Shown piece by piece: positions 11,347-23,676 of a stretch of DNA of 64,000 bases. The notes below the pieces were generated by a model. It searched no databases and was not told where the DNA came from. It saw nothing but the letters and a program-made list of their open reading frames with translations. This DNA comes from Pachysolen tannophilus NRRL Y-2460. Taxonomy: Eukaryota. How positions within the stretch are numbered: the stretch's first letter is position 1; each line of letters opens with the position of its first letter. Made by a program: the position numbers and the translations under genes. The DNA lies in assembly GCA_001661245.1 (NCBI GenBank), contig KV454011.1, forward strand, positions 1,328,724-1,392,723, in the 5' to 3' direction.

Positions 11347-13062
11347 TTATGATAAATGTCTTGCAATCAATCGACCATTATCCAAAAAAGTCTTTACTAA
11401 ATCTTCAAAATAATAAGGGTCGGATTCTAAAGATTCAATGCTGTTTAAAAGTTCGTGAGTATCAACCTCTAATTCGACTTCACATTTTTTAATTGGTGGT
11501 TTATTTTTATTCCCATGTTCCTTATCGTACTCTTCCACTTTTGTTACATCAATCCGAGTGAATGTTGCATGATGGATATACGAAGTTCTATCTTTTATTC
11601 TAATCAAATTTACTTGTTTTTGGAAACTATTCAATTGTTCTTCTTTATAATCCAATGGAATTTCCAATGATATGGAAATTCTTATATCGAAAAGTGAGTT
11701 TGGCAAGTATACAAATAAATCAGATAATCTTTTCTTATCAATGGTAGCATCTATTCTATTAGTTGTTACATCTGTTGTTACTCTTGCATTTGTTGGTAAA
11801 CTATTTCTAACTGCAGATCTGAAAAATTCATCTTTTTGTTTAAATTTTTCAATGACAAATTGAGTTTTCCTACTTTTTTGAGATTTATTTAACATTTCCA
11901 AATAATCTTTTAAATCTCTTAATTGTTGATAAGGAATACCACTTTTGAAAAAACAATTTTCATTAAAATATTGTGTATTTAATATACTTTCAGATGTAAC
12001 TGGTAACATCAACCTTGCATCATTCTCCTTTGACCAAATAAATCCTAATTTTAATTCAATTTCTAAAAATTGTTTTAAAGATGGATCATGGATTCCATCC
12101 AAGACAGCATAAATCCATTGGGAAATTAATCTTGTTAAATCGTTAAAAGGTTCAACATTTGATATAGATAATGCCTCTAAACTAGTGGAAGTCTTTCTTA
12201 ATCTTTGCCTACTACTATTACTATTACTACTATTTTGTTTATTAGTTTTTAATGTTGATGAAATCCAATCGGTAGCCCATATTGGAGGTGTAGTAAGCCT
12301 TCTTGGTTTGTTATTCTTTTCAGTTTTTTTCTTTGTTATTTCGTTTAATAATTTAATATCTTCAGCTATGCTCATAGGTTTTACTTCATGGTTCTTTTGT
12401 GGGAAAGAATTTATAGTACTAGGAGTACTGGAAATTTCTTGTTCTTGTTCATTAGCATGAACATGTTCATTATCATGTTCTAATTTTGGGACTGGTGATG
12501 TATTATCAGATTCTTTTTCTCCCGAATATTGTTTATTTGAAACATTTGTATTACTTGTTGCTTTCATTATTGGTCCTGGAACAACAAAATCTTTTTTCAA
12601 AGTTGTATTAGATGGAATTGGTAATTGTCCATTAATATTAACTTTATGAACCACTGGAGAATTATTTTCACTACTTGAATATCTTCTAGCAAAACTTGGT
12701 GTAGCATTTCCCTCAATATCCACATCTTCTTCATTTGTTATATTCACTATACTATTTCGCAGTCTTATATCATCCACAGAATGAGCTAAACTACTGGTGC
12801 TACTCTTATTACTAGAACCGGAATTTGTAGGGTTGAATAAATTTGCCTGCTTCGTCAATGGTGTTGATAAAAGTCTTGGAGGTGGAGATTCTTCTTCATT
12901 AACCAAATGGTTAATCGATAATCTTGGTTTCAAATCCGGAGGATGAAGTGGCAGCTGTTGCTGTCCCTGCTGCTGCAGTTGCAGTTGCAGTTGTTGTTCC
13001 TGTTGATGCCGAGCATCAGTTTCATTCGGCCTGTCAGAAGTAATAATGTTGCTTATATCCAT
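11347..13062 (-). CDS. CET1: mRNA capping enzyme RNA 5'-triphosphatase
   Basis: PPIWATDW (Ceg1-binding WAxxW), LEIELKLG motif A, RISISLE, RIKDRTSY, EVELEV motif C. Confidence 0.92.
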   Translation of the reverse strand: MDISNIITSDRPNETDARHQQEQQLQLQLQQQGQQQLPLHPPDLKPRLSINHLVNEEESPPPRLLSTPLTKQANLFNPTNSGSSNKSSTSSLAHSVDDIRLRNSIVNITNEEDVDIEGNATPSFARRYSSSENNSPVVHKVNINGQLPIPSNTTLKKDFVVPGPIMKATSNTNVSNKQYSGEKESDNTSPVPKLEHDNEHVHANEQEQEISSTPSTINSFPQKNHEVKPMSIAEDIKLLNEITKKKTEKNNKPRRLTTPPIWATDWISSTLKTNKQNSSNSNSSRQRLRKTSTSLEALSISNVEPFNDLTRLISQWIYAVLDGIHDPSLKQFLEIELKLGFIWSKENDARLMLPVTSESILNTQYFNENCFFKSGIPYQQLRDLKDYLEMLNKSQKSRKTQFVIEKFKQKDEFFRSAVRNSLPTNARVTTDVTTNRIDATIDKKRLSDLFVYLPNSLFDIRISISLEIPLDYKEEQLNSFQKQVNLIRIKDRTSYIHHATFTRIDVTKVEEYDKEHGNKNKPPIKKCEVELEVDTHELLNSIESLESDPYYFEDLVKTFLDNGRLIARHLS

Positions 13063-13400
13063 AATTCAACAAACTCTACTGAAAAACACCACTATCGTCT
13101 CGATTTCCCCAACCACCTAGAGATTGATCGATTCATATAATTCTATAATTCCTAAACACTTCAAATTCATAAACCAACCTCCTCAAGATAAATTGTGTTT
13201 TGTTGGTGTTGAGACAAATTTTTTGAAAAGAAAATAATTTTTGATATTTCAGAACACGACCAAGTTTTTCCCAATATTTCAGCGTCAAATGTGGAGAAAA
13301 ATGGTGTAATTGGGAATTCAATTGACAACAACAACAACAACAGGAATAAAGAAGAAGAAGAAGAATTGTTGAAAAGACGAAAGGAAGGATTGTTATTAGT

Positions 13401-14690
13401 ATGGATCGGGATTCAATTCATTATTTGATAACGAGCTCGAAAGAGATTTTTGAGGACCGGCTGTTGGTGAAGCCATGGTTGCAATCAAAATTAATTTTAA
13501 AAGGAATTAATGTTGCTATTGAAAGATCTGATGAGACCAAAATTGTGTTTAAATGTAAGAGTCCCAAGAGAATTAATATGATACCATTGGATTCTCTGGA
13601 AGAAATTGGGAATGGTAATGGGAATGATAAGGGGAATGATAAGGGGAAGGGGAAAGAAGGTTTAGTTTTGCGTAAGAAGAAAAAAAGGACTCATTGTCCA
13701 TTTAGAATTAGAGCTAATTTTTCAGTAAGGACAAAAAGGTGGTCAATTGTAGTTGTTAATGAAAATCATAATCATCCTTTATTCCCAATAAATGAAAACA
13801 AGAATGATCGTAATCGTGGTGGGAAAATAACTGATCAACCTTCTTTAGACTTGATGAATTTATCTTTACCATTACCATTACCATTACAATTACCTTCTTC
13901 TCCTTCTTCACCTTCATCGCCTTCTCCTCTTTGTTTAAACAACAATGATCATACTTCTCTTATCAATAATAATGATAATAATCCTCAAATGCAACAATTA
14001 CCAAATACATCAACATCAAACTCACAAATTTCACAAGAAGTTACATCAAATTTCTTACAATCTTCTAGGAATGATTTCAATAACAAGGAAAAAACTTTAA
14101 ATGAACTTCAACTGGAATTTAATAATGGATTATGGAAGATCAATTGCTTACGTGAAGAAGAAGAAGTCAAACAATTATATTCAAAACTATTAGGTGTTTT
14201 AAATTCTTTTTCTTCACTGATTTCTCAAAATAATCAACAAGAACATCATCATCAACAACAACAACCATATACTAGTAGTAGTAGTAGTACTACTACTACT
14301 ACTACTACGTTTCCACAACACTCAGCAAATAATATTAATGCCTTGATTGATAAAAATTCTTCTCCTCCTCATCCTCCAACCAGTGTTGTTACACCAATAG
14401 GTCCAAATTTCGGTTCTTTTACAACTACTACTGCTACTTCTGCTGTAGTTGCAACACCAAGTTCAGAATATAAGATGATAAGTGGCGATAGTGATGGAAA
14501 TATAATTACAAATAATAATAATACTATTAATAAAAACTTAGCGTTTACTGATCCAGCTAACAAGACTCATCATATTCAAAATTCTACATTACTATTACCT
14601 ACATTGCCGCATAATAATTCAAGCTTTACCAACAACAATAATGCTTTTTTGTACCGTAATGGAGGTGACAATGCATTTCTAAGATTCTAA
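13401..14690 (+). CDS. AFT2: Aft1/Aft2-type (WRKY-GCM1 fold) transcription factor
   Basis: FEDRxxVKPWL, IERSDETKIVFKC, CPFRIRANFSVR..W...HNH (AFT domain); near RPB9/MNP1 as AFT1 is in S. cerevisiae. Confidence 0.8.
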   Translation: MDRDSIHYLITSSKEIFEDRLLVKPWLQSKLILKGINVAIERSDETKIVFKCKSPKRINMIPLDSLEEIGNGNGNDKGNDKGKGKEGLVLRKKKKRTHCPFRIRANFSVRTKRWSIVVVNENHNHPLFPINENKNDRNRGGKITDQPSLDLMNLSLPLPLPLQLPSSPSSPSSPSPLCLNNNDHTSLINNNDNNPQMQQLPNTSTSNSQISQEVTSNFLQSSRNDFNNKEKTLNELQLEFNNGLWKINCLREEEEVKQLYSKLLGVLNSFSSLISQNNQQEHHHQQQQPYTSSSSSTTTTTTTFPQHSANNINALIDKNSSPPHPPTSVVTPIGPNFGSFTTTTATSAVVATPSSEYKMISGDSDGNIITNNNNTINKNLAFTDPANKTHHIQNSTLLLPTLPHNNSSFTNNNNAFLYRNGGDNAFLRF

Positions 14691-14779
14691 CATTATATAC
14701 CATTCTATATACTTTCTTTTCCTTTTGATAATATTCTCAATTTTTAGAAATATATTTTTAATTTATATTAATTTAATAT

Positions 14780-14809
14780 ACGCGCGCGCGTGCAATGTAA
14801 ATTGTTTAC
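14780..14809. promoter_or_regulatory. ACGCGCGCGCGT palindrome plus forkhead-like TGTTTAC site
   Basis: (CG)5 tract at 14781-14790 in very AT-rich DNA about 100 bp upstream of ORF 14897; TGTTTAC downstream. Confidence 0.35.
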
Positions 14810-14896
14810 CTTTTTTTTTAAATTATTATTATTATTTACTTTAAACAAGAAGAGAAGAAAAGAAAAGAGTTTGACTCCACAAAACAAAAACAAGAG

Positions 14897-15758
14897 ATGT
14901 TTCCCAGTGATGGTATCAGGACCAAACTATCGATTTTGAATGGAGATAAAAATGGATTTAATAATCAGAGGTTGAAATTGAATAATGGTAATGGTGATAG
15001 TGATGGCAATAATGGATTATATTCTAATCGAAATAAGAGAACTTCTTCGATATTAGATAGATCCAATGATTTATTAACTTGTACCACGGAATTAACAGAG
15101 ATATTGAATAGTATAAGTTTAAAAGAGAATAACGATTTAACAGAAGTGCAATTATCAGTTTTAAAAGATTTATTGGGAGTAACTTTTGATTTATTTTCTT
15201 TAGAAATTCAAAAAAATAATGAAAAAAAAAGTTTAATAGATAGTTCTTCTTTATCTTTATTTAGAAAATGTCAAGATTTAGTTACTTCAATTAGTGGATT
15301 GATTATGAATGTTGCAGAAAGAAAAGCGAATGATATTGATAATAATAATTTACAGAAAAAAAAAATAATTGAAGAAAATGAAGAATTATACGATCAAGAT
15401 GGAAGTGAATTTAGTGATGAAAATGAACTTCAGGTTAATAATAATAATAATCGTCTTTCTTATGGAAATGATGATGATTCTCTTTTACTTGTTGATGATT
15501 TTGGTAGACTAGGTTTAAATCAAAGTCGTAATGATAATAGAAATTTTTCAAGAACAAGAAGTAGATGTTCTACAGTGATAAGGCATGGGAGTAGTAATGG
15601 TGATTTAATTGGAAATCAATTTCTTTCAAATTTTGATCAATTGGAATTTAATAATAATGAACATTCTAATTTGAAAAATTTTAGCAGTATTTCAAATAGA
15701 AATATTAAAATGTTTGAAGCATCAAATTCACAAGATCCTAGTAATGGTATTTATGCGG

Positions 15759-15799
<41 letters not shown>

Positions 15800-15949
15800 C
15801 AATTTGATGGATTTAGCGATTTAAATAGTGGCATAATATCATCACTGACAAGTACTACTAATGATGAAGCTAGAAGTGTTCCAAGATCTTTTTCATTTCA
15901 GCATGGCAATGAGAATGGTAAACCGGTTGTTGAAACTTTGAAATTTTGA
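14897..15949 (+). CDS. Hypothetical Asn-rich protein with a central helical segment
   Basis: 350-aa ATG-initiated ORF with genome-typical composition; no family recognised. Confidence 0.65.
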
Positions 15950-16142
15950 ATATAAGATAAAGCAAAACAAAAAAAAAATAAAATAATTTCAAAAATGTGT
16001 TGTTATATTTATTCATTTATATATACAAGCCATTATAAATAAATTATAACAAGCTGGAGAGAGGGAAGAAGAAAAAACAAAAGAAAAAAAAATCTTGGTA
16101 ATATGTAAAAAAAAAATTAAAAAGATGATTGAAATGTATTTC

Positions 16143-16879
16143 TTATTCTAAAGAAACTTTAGCACCTAATCCTTCCAAGACACCTTTAATTTTTTCAGCT
16201 TCATCTTTAGCAACATTTTCTTTTAATACTTTTGGAGCAGCTTCAACGAATTTTTTGGATTCAACCAAGGATAAACCTAATAAAGATTTAATTTCTTTAA
16301 TAACTTTTGGTTTTGATTTTGGATCAAAACTTTCTAATTTAATAGAGAAAATTGTCTTTTCTTCAACTTCTTCCTTCTTTTCTTCTTCAGCTGGAGCAGC
16401 TGCTTGAGCAGCACCAGCAGCACCAGCTGCTGCTGCACCTCCAACAGGTAATGCAATATCAGCAATATTTAACTTGGATTTCAATTCGGTGATCAATGAA
16501 GAAGTTTCTAATAAAGTCAACTTGGAAATTTGATCAACAATTGTAGATATTTTTGGATCAACAGGAGCCGAAGCAGAACCAGAAGCAACAGCTTCTGTCG
16601 AGTTGAAACGAATTGATACTATCAAAGAAACAGGTGAACTCGATACTCTAAACAGAAAAAAAAAATAAAATAAAATATCAATGAAATTTTATCAAAAATT
16701 AAATAGTTAGTACCATTAAAACTCAAATCTTAATATTATTATTATTATTATCATAATTATTATCATAATTATCAAGTTGTTTTAAAATAAAACATTCTTC
16801 CCTTTATAATTTTATTCACTCACCTTTTGGTACCGACATTCAATACCGACCTTACAGACTGACGAATAATGCTAGACAT
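16143..16879 (-). CDS. MNP1: Mitochondrial ribosomal protein bL12m; exons 16879-16824 and 16647-16143
   Basis: L7/L12 motifs (IVDQISKLTLLE, KVIKEIKSLLGLSLVESKKFVE); spliced N-terminus MSSIIRQSVRSVLNVGTKRVSSSP resembles a mitochondrial presequence. Confidence 0.92.
16648..16823 (-). other. Spliceosomal intron of MNP1 (176 nt)
   Basis: GTGAGT 5'ss, TACTAAC branch point, TTTAG 3'ss; restores frame. Confidence 0.85.
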
Positions 16880-17298
16880 GATTATATGATGATTCTTTCT
16901 TTCCACAAGACCTTTAATCAACTCAATACAATCAATTTTGTACTATTATTTTTCACCTTTTTCACCTTTTTTTTTTTCCACCGTTTATTTGTCGATGATT
17001 TTGTGAGCCAAAAAGAGAAAAAAAAAAAAAAAAAAAAACTGTTAAAAAAATTGCCTAAAAAAAACGTTTTGTTTTGTGTTATGCTGAAATATTAAAAAAA
17101 AATTCCAAAAAGAGTAAAATTGTTAAGCGCCCACACGACTTTACAATTTTTTTTTTTTTTTTTTCTTTTTAAGTAGAATGTTCAGGAGACATATATATAA
17201 TACGGTTTTGGTGAACAAAAGAAACAAAGAAAATATATTATTATTATTATATTAGATTAGAGTGGTTATTGAGATAGTAATAGGATATATTGATCAAG

Positions 17299-17717
17299 AT
17301 GGCTTCATTTAGATTTTGTACTGAATGGTGAGTAACCTTTTTTTTTTTCCAGTTTTATTTATTAACTTTTTCAAATTTAGTAATAATATGTTATATCCAA
17401 AGGAAGATAAGGATAATCAAAGACTTTTGTTTTCCTGTAGAAATTGTGCATATACAGAAATAGCAGGGAATCCAAAAGTTTATAGACATGAATTAATAAC
17501 GAATATTGGTGAAACTGCGGGTGTTGTTCAAGATATAAATTCTGATCCAACATTACCAAGATCTGATAAAGATTGTCCAAATTGTCATAATAGAGATTGT
17601 GTTTTTTTCCAATCACAACAAAGGAGAAAAGATACAAGTATGATTTTGTTTTATGTTTGTTCGAATTGTAAACATGTGTTTAGACCAGAAAAGGATGACG
17701 AAAATAAATCAGGATAA
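17299..17717 (+). CDS. RPB9: RNA polymerase II subunit Rpb9; exons 17299-17327 and 17381-17717
   Basis: Spliced [19 protein letters not shown]...CRNC...DPTLPRS...CPNC...FFQSQQRR...CSNC. Confidence 0.95.
17328..17380 (+). other. Spliceosomal intron of RPB9 (53 nt)
   Basis: GTGAGT...TATTAAC...TTTAG; splicing recreates the first CxxC. Confidence 0.9.
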
Positions 17718-17773
17718 CCATTACCAATAAGCGCATAAGAGCTTATAATGTACTTATAAGAAGTTGCATTTCT

Positions 17774-17807
<34 letters not shown>

Positions 17808-18270
17808 CCCATACCATTATTTCAAAGACATTAAAAGGGAAAAGACAAAAATAGAAAAAACCCACCTTGTATTTATATATTGTTATTGGTGTAATATTTT
17901 TTTTTTTTTATCTTCTTCTTCTCAACTAATAAACGTTAACGAAGCTCACATGGCTAATAATACTTTGATAAATAGATATCTGATTCGTAGGTATTTAATT
18001 CAATTAAATTCAATCTCTTGTGTTAAGTAAATAATGAGGTAATAATGATTATTAAGGTAGTGTGCGATCTGGCCAAATGTACAGAATAGGAAGTTACTAA
18101 AATTGCGGAAAACACAACAAAATTAAAATGAATTCAAGCTTTTTTTTATTTGAACTGAAATAAGATTGATTGATTCCTATATATATATATATATAAAGTC
18201 AATTGTAAAACCTCTATATATATATATAAATATATTTAAGGTGGATATCAATTTGAGATAGCTGTTGGGT

Positions 18271-21200
18271 ATGAGTACGGTGCATCAATTGAATCTTGAA
18301 TTGACAAACTTGATATCGGAATCCAAAAGAAAAAATTCGGATATTAAACATGTACGTTTTTTGTTTTATCTTTTTATAACAAAAACAAAAAAATGATTGC
18401 ATGTGAATTTACTAACTTTTAATTATTCTTTAGGCTGCTGAAAAATCTCTTGAAGCTTTAAAAGCTTACTCGGCAAAGACATCAGAAACAGAGTTTGTAA
18501 AGGGTAAGTAACAATTTTTTTGAAATTATCAATTTAACTAACTAAACAAACAAACAAACTAACTAACTTATATTATAAAAGGCTTATCTAAAAATCCCGA
18601 TTTTATAACTCCATTTTTATTAGCTTGTAGGACAAGAAATACCAAATATGTTGCTATAGCCATATCATGCTTTCAGAAATTAATAATAGGGAAAGGTTTA
18701 CCAATAACAAAATTAGAATTGATGTTAGATGCATTTATAGAGTCAACAAATTTAGCAATTGAAATTCAACTTAAAATATTACAATGTTTACCATTTTTAT
18801 TTCAAAATTATTCTATTTTTATAAGTGATAAAATATTGATAAAATTATTATCAATTTGTTCTATCTTACAAGGTAGTAATAAAAGTAGTGCTGTTAATAA
18901 TACTGCAAGTGCCACTTTTTTACAATTAATAGGATTAGTTTTTGATAAAATAAATGATGAAGATAGTTTAGCTAAAGAAACTGTTGATAAATCTTATGTT
19001 GTTCCAATTGATAATGACAAAAAGATAAATATTGGTCCAAATGCTTATGATAGTCAAAGAATTTTCCTTGATTTATGTATATTGATAGAACATCATAAAC
19101 CTCATTTTTTGAAAACAAATTATATCACAGAAAATTTTGGATTTGAATTATTAGAAAGTGTTATCAAATCAAATAAAGATATTTTTTTAAATCATGTTGA
19201 ATTAGGGTTCTTATTAAGAACAAAAGTTGTACCTTTATTACTTAGATTTTTCTCTGTGAGTAAAGATTTCCCAATAATGGTAAGAGTTGCTAGATTAATT
19301 TTTTTATTAATAAGAGAACAATTTGATAGTTTAAAAATTGAATCTGAAGTAATGTTATCATTATTAACTCATATACTTTCAAAAGATTCTTCATCTCCAT
19401 TTTGGAAAAAAATATTATCATTGGAAATTTATAGAGGTATATTAAATGATTTCAAACTAGTTGAAAAAATTTTTACTCAATTTGATAATAATAAAAATGA
19501 AAATACTAAAAAAATCATTTATGATTTTTTGAAAACTAGTTATAACATATTAGATGAAAATAGATTTTTATTAAATACTGGTGATATTGTTCAACCACCT
19601 CCATCTCATACATCATCATCTTCACCAACATCATCATCTTCTTCTAATAGAGCTATATCACCACTGCCCAATAATCAATTAGAAAATGCTCCAGGTTTAT
19701 CAATTTCAAAATCTTCAATCAAAATTAATTTTATTGATTTATTAGATAAACCAGATGCTCCACCAATTTCAGAAACTTATCTTTTTTATTTGATTTTAAC
19801 TTCAATTACAAATTTTTGTGAAGGTATTTGTAAATATGCATTGGATTTATCATCTAATTCTTCATCAACATCAACATCCATTTCAGCTACTTTATCTTCT
19901 GTTCAAGATAATAATATTCAATTTTTAGATAAAGAAACTTCTTTTGAAAATAATCCAAATTTAAAAGGAAATTTGATTTTTATAACAGAACTAATTGAAA
20001 AAAATTATGGATTAATGTTACCAATTTATAAAATATTTATCTATTCAACTTTAGATAATGATATTTTCCACAAATTAATACGTTCTTTGCAAAAATTATG
20101 TCATGCTTCAGGTATATTAACCTTAACTAAACCAAGAGATGATATTTTTGAAATATTTGCTTTAATTACAATTAATTTAGTAGGAAAAGTAGGATTCGAA
20201 CAGAAAACAAACCATACTTTATCTTTTAGCGAATCAATTGTTGGTACTATAAGCTCTACTATAAATCAAGCATTAGCAACACCAGGTCCAGTTAGCACTT
20301 TGAATAGTCAACAACTGCATAACGAAATGTATACTAGAAATATTAATTCAAGAAACATATTGTGTTTTAGAGTTCTAAGCAGTCTTGCAATTTCATTGGG
20401 TACAGTTCTTCAAAGTAAATGGAAGTTAATATTTATTACTTTGCAATGGCTAGATTATTATATCAGAGGTCCTTCAGATGAATTGATAAAAGATTTTCCT
20501 CCTGCTTCAAGATATTTAACATCTCAAGATTTGATAAATATAGAAAATTCAATTAACAAATTGGATGAAAGTATTAATTTTTATTCAAATTCAGTATTCC
20601 ATGATATGACTGAAGCATTGATTACATTATCCGATGAAGTGGTCTATAGTGGTAACGATTCATTATTTAAAGAACCAGTTTTGAAGACCGACGGTGAATC
20701 AAAAATTCAACCATGTGCTTATAATAAAATCTATTTTTCGAATAAACTAATGAAATTATGCAGAATCAATCCAAGAAAATTCTTAATTGAAAATGACGAA
20801 AATTGGAATTTAATTGGTGATTTTTATTTCAAAATCATTTGTAATCGATCTTTAGATTATGAATTCAGATTGGAAATTGGTAAAGATTTTAACTCAACAA
20901 TTAAATATGTCTCAATTGATGGATTTCATCAGGATGATGGATTTGAATATGATAAATCCCAAACAGAACTCAAAGTCTTGAACTCATTGTATACGTTTAT
21001 TAAACATTTAACAAAACTATCAAAACCAAATCAGTTGTTAATTTTGAATTGTGAAACTGAAATTCATTTACAAGTTTTGAATACATTAAAAGAATTGTTG
21101 GATAAATATGGAATTTTTTTCAAAAACTGGAATCTAGTTTTTAAAATCATAAATTCTCCATTTGAAAAAGAAGATCAGTTTTTGCTATCCAATGAGGACG

Positions 21201-23467
21201 ATAAAATTTTAGTTGGAAAAGTAAAGATGGTAATTAATTCTTCGTTTGAAAATTTGAAATTGATCTTGGATGAATTCTTGTTATCATTACCGTCTAATCA
21301 GTTGAAGATTTTGATTGATTGTTTATCTAACTTCATTAAACAAACATACGACTTAAATATTTCATTTAATTCTATTAGTTATTTTTGGTTGATAAGCGAT
21401 TATTTAAGAGATGCTATTTTGAAAAATCAGCAAGAAGTTGAAAGTTCCAGAAGAGATATTGAAAGCTATGTTACTGATGAAGGAACTTTATTGAAACTGG
21501 TCTCTTCAACTGAAAAGGATGAAAATTTGCACCGTCTATTATGGATTTACTTGTTGTTTGTGTTATCTAAAAGTTTTAATGATGATAGAAACCAAGTTAG
21601 AAATGGTTCCATTCAGACGTTTTTCAGTATCGTCGATTCTCATGGTAGATTTTTACCAAATTGGAACTTAATATATGACGTTATTTTGAAGCCAAAATTG
21701 ATGAAAAAACCATCAGCAACAACTTTTTCCGGAGAAACTAGTAAGAAAGAATGGATTGAGAGTCTAACTTTAATATTGAATGGATTAGTTAAGCTATACT
21801 GCAATTTCCTAGTTGATTTTGATGAGAATTCGAACTGTGTAAAGTACTGGAGCGGACTAGTATCGTATTTTAATGATATACTAACTCTAAATTCAATAGA
21901 GCTAAATATAAAAATTTACAAAGCATTCAATGATGTTTTGAAGCCTCTAAGTGCTGAAAATGACAAAGATAAAAAACTACCAAATGAAATACTTGAATTA
22001 TTTTACAACTTCTGGTCAGGATCTCCTATTTTATACAATTTAATTCAAAACGCATTATATCAAGAATCATTAACTTCATTAATGGAATCTTTTCCTTTGT
22101 TATTCAAATTAATTGGACCTGTTTTAAATTTGGGCAAATTTGAAACTATTTTATGCATGTTTGATTCTTGTGTTAGATATCCAGTGTTACCGGAATTGTT
22201 TAGCAATGATGACATGAGATGTACACAACTACAGGAATCGATATATCAGAACTTATCTAAATTGGTTATAGCTGAGGACGATGAAATCAAAGATGCCAAA
22301 TATCAATCCTTACTTTTACAAGAGTTGCTTTTGATTGTGATATTACCTTTCTCTACTCGCATGAGAATTGAGCAAAAATTGAACGAAAAACTCACTGTAA
22401 CAAATTTGAAAGTTCCAACTTTTACTGCAATTAGCTATCAGACCCTTGAACTACTAAAGACTGATTTAAAGAAAAACGAAGTCAATTTAATGCTTTTACT
22501 AAAAGACAGATGCATTTTGAAAGTTTTTAAATCATTATCCGAACCTACTAAATTGAAGGCTAAAGGTGTCAAAAATAAACCAGAGTTATGGATTGAATCC
22601 TCAAAAATTTTAACCAATCTAGCACAGAAGTGTGTTGACATTTTGAAGCAGGATTCCGAAAATCAAGTCCCTGAGGACATTAAAACGGAATTGTGGACAT
22701 TGATAATTGAGCTGATTGAAAACAACTTATTGTATAATGTGGAGAACCCTGATTACGAAGAGATTGACATTTCAAATTACGATGAACTCAAGGGGATTTT
22801 GATACCAAATTTGGAATTGAAGTCCATACCTGATTCGCTCTTAGAGGAATATATCAATACAGTATGGTCAAAATCTTTCTTATATCCATTAGATGAAATT
22901 GAGCGTGCAATTTTGACTACTTCAAAATCACCATTAGAAGTTTCTGAGAAGCTTTCTTTTTTCGAATTTGACAACTTGATTGTAGGATCAACAAAAAGTT
23001 TGACACCTTTGCCAAGACTAACTTTTAACAAAAAAAATTTGAATGACTTGATATCGTTTGCTTTGCCAACTGGTGATAGCGGTGCAAAATCTAGACTTTT
23101 CCGTGTTTCTCTTCCGTATTTTGTATCACGCTCATGCTTTGTTTTGAGGAAGTTCATAAGCGATGAGAGTTTATTGAATAAATGTCCATTGCCCAAAATT
23201 CAACAATATGAAATGGTTATAATCTTAAATGGAATCTTAAAGATTTTCGATTTGGCAGAAGGCATGGATGAGAGATCACTAAAAACCTTGGATATTCTTT
23301 ATCCTTTGATTATCAAATCGATATCGGTAAGCAATAAGATTGATGGTATCATTTTAGTTTTGGAAAAAATTCTTATGAAAATCACCAAACTTTTGAAGAG
23401 AAATTATCAAGAAAAACTTGAAACAGCTGTTAACCAAAAAACATTAGATTTGAAATATATACAGTGA
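18271..23467 (+). CDS. MON2: Mon2/Ysl2 Arf-GEF-like scaffold; exons 18271-18351, 18434-18503, 18582-23467
   Basis: Spliced N-terminus LISESKRKNSDIKHAAEKSL...PFLLAC; IEIQLKILQCLP, DLNISF, DDRNQVRNG, CPLPKIQ motifs. Confidence 0.92.
18352..18433 (+). other. MON2 intron 1 (82 nt)
   Basis: GTACGT 5'ss, TACTAAC at 18410-18416, TAG 3'ss. Confidence 0.85.
18504..18581 (+). other. MON2 intron 2 (78 nt) with AAG acceptor
   Basis: GTAAGT 5'ss, tandem AACTAAC branch candidates 18557-18567, first downstream AG is AAG; restores frame. Confidence 0.75.
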
Positions 23468-23676
23468 TGACTTTTAGTATAAGAAGAAGATTAAGAATTT
23501 ATACGATGTAATAAAACCAAAAATAAACATTATATTTATAAAGATAAACCAAAATCTATTATGTGTTTACCACAATCACCCCTTTTTACCTTTGACTGAG
23601 AAAAACTTTGTAAAATAAATTGTTTATTTTTTTTTTTTTTATTTTTTTAAACCTCCAAAAAAAAAATTTATTGATA

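Noticed and set aside
13401..14690. Call as Rbf1-type factor binding the CACGAC motif
   Set aside because: Domain motifs and synteny with RPB9/MNP1 fit Aft1/2 better.
17325..17380. Track N-terminus [10 protein letters not shown]... for RPB9
   Set aside because: It is intron sequence; the true start is 17299.
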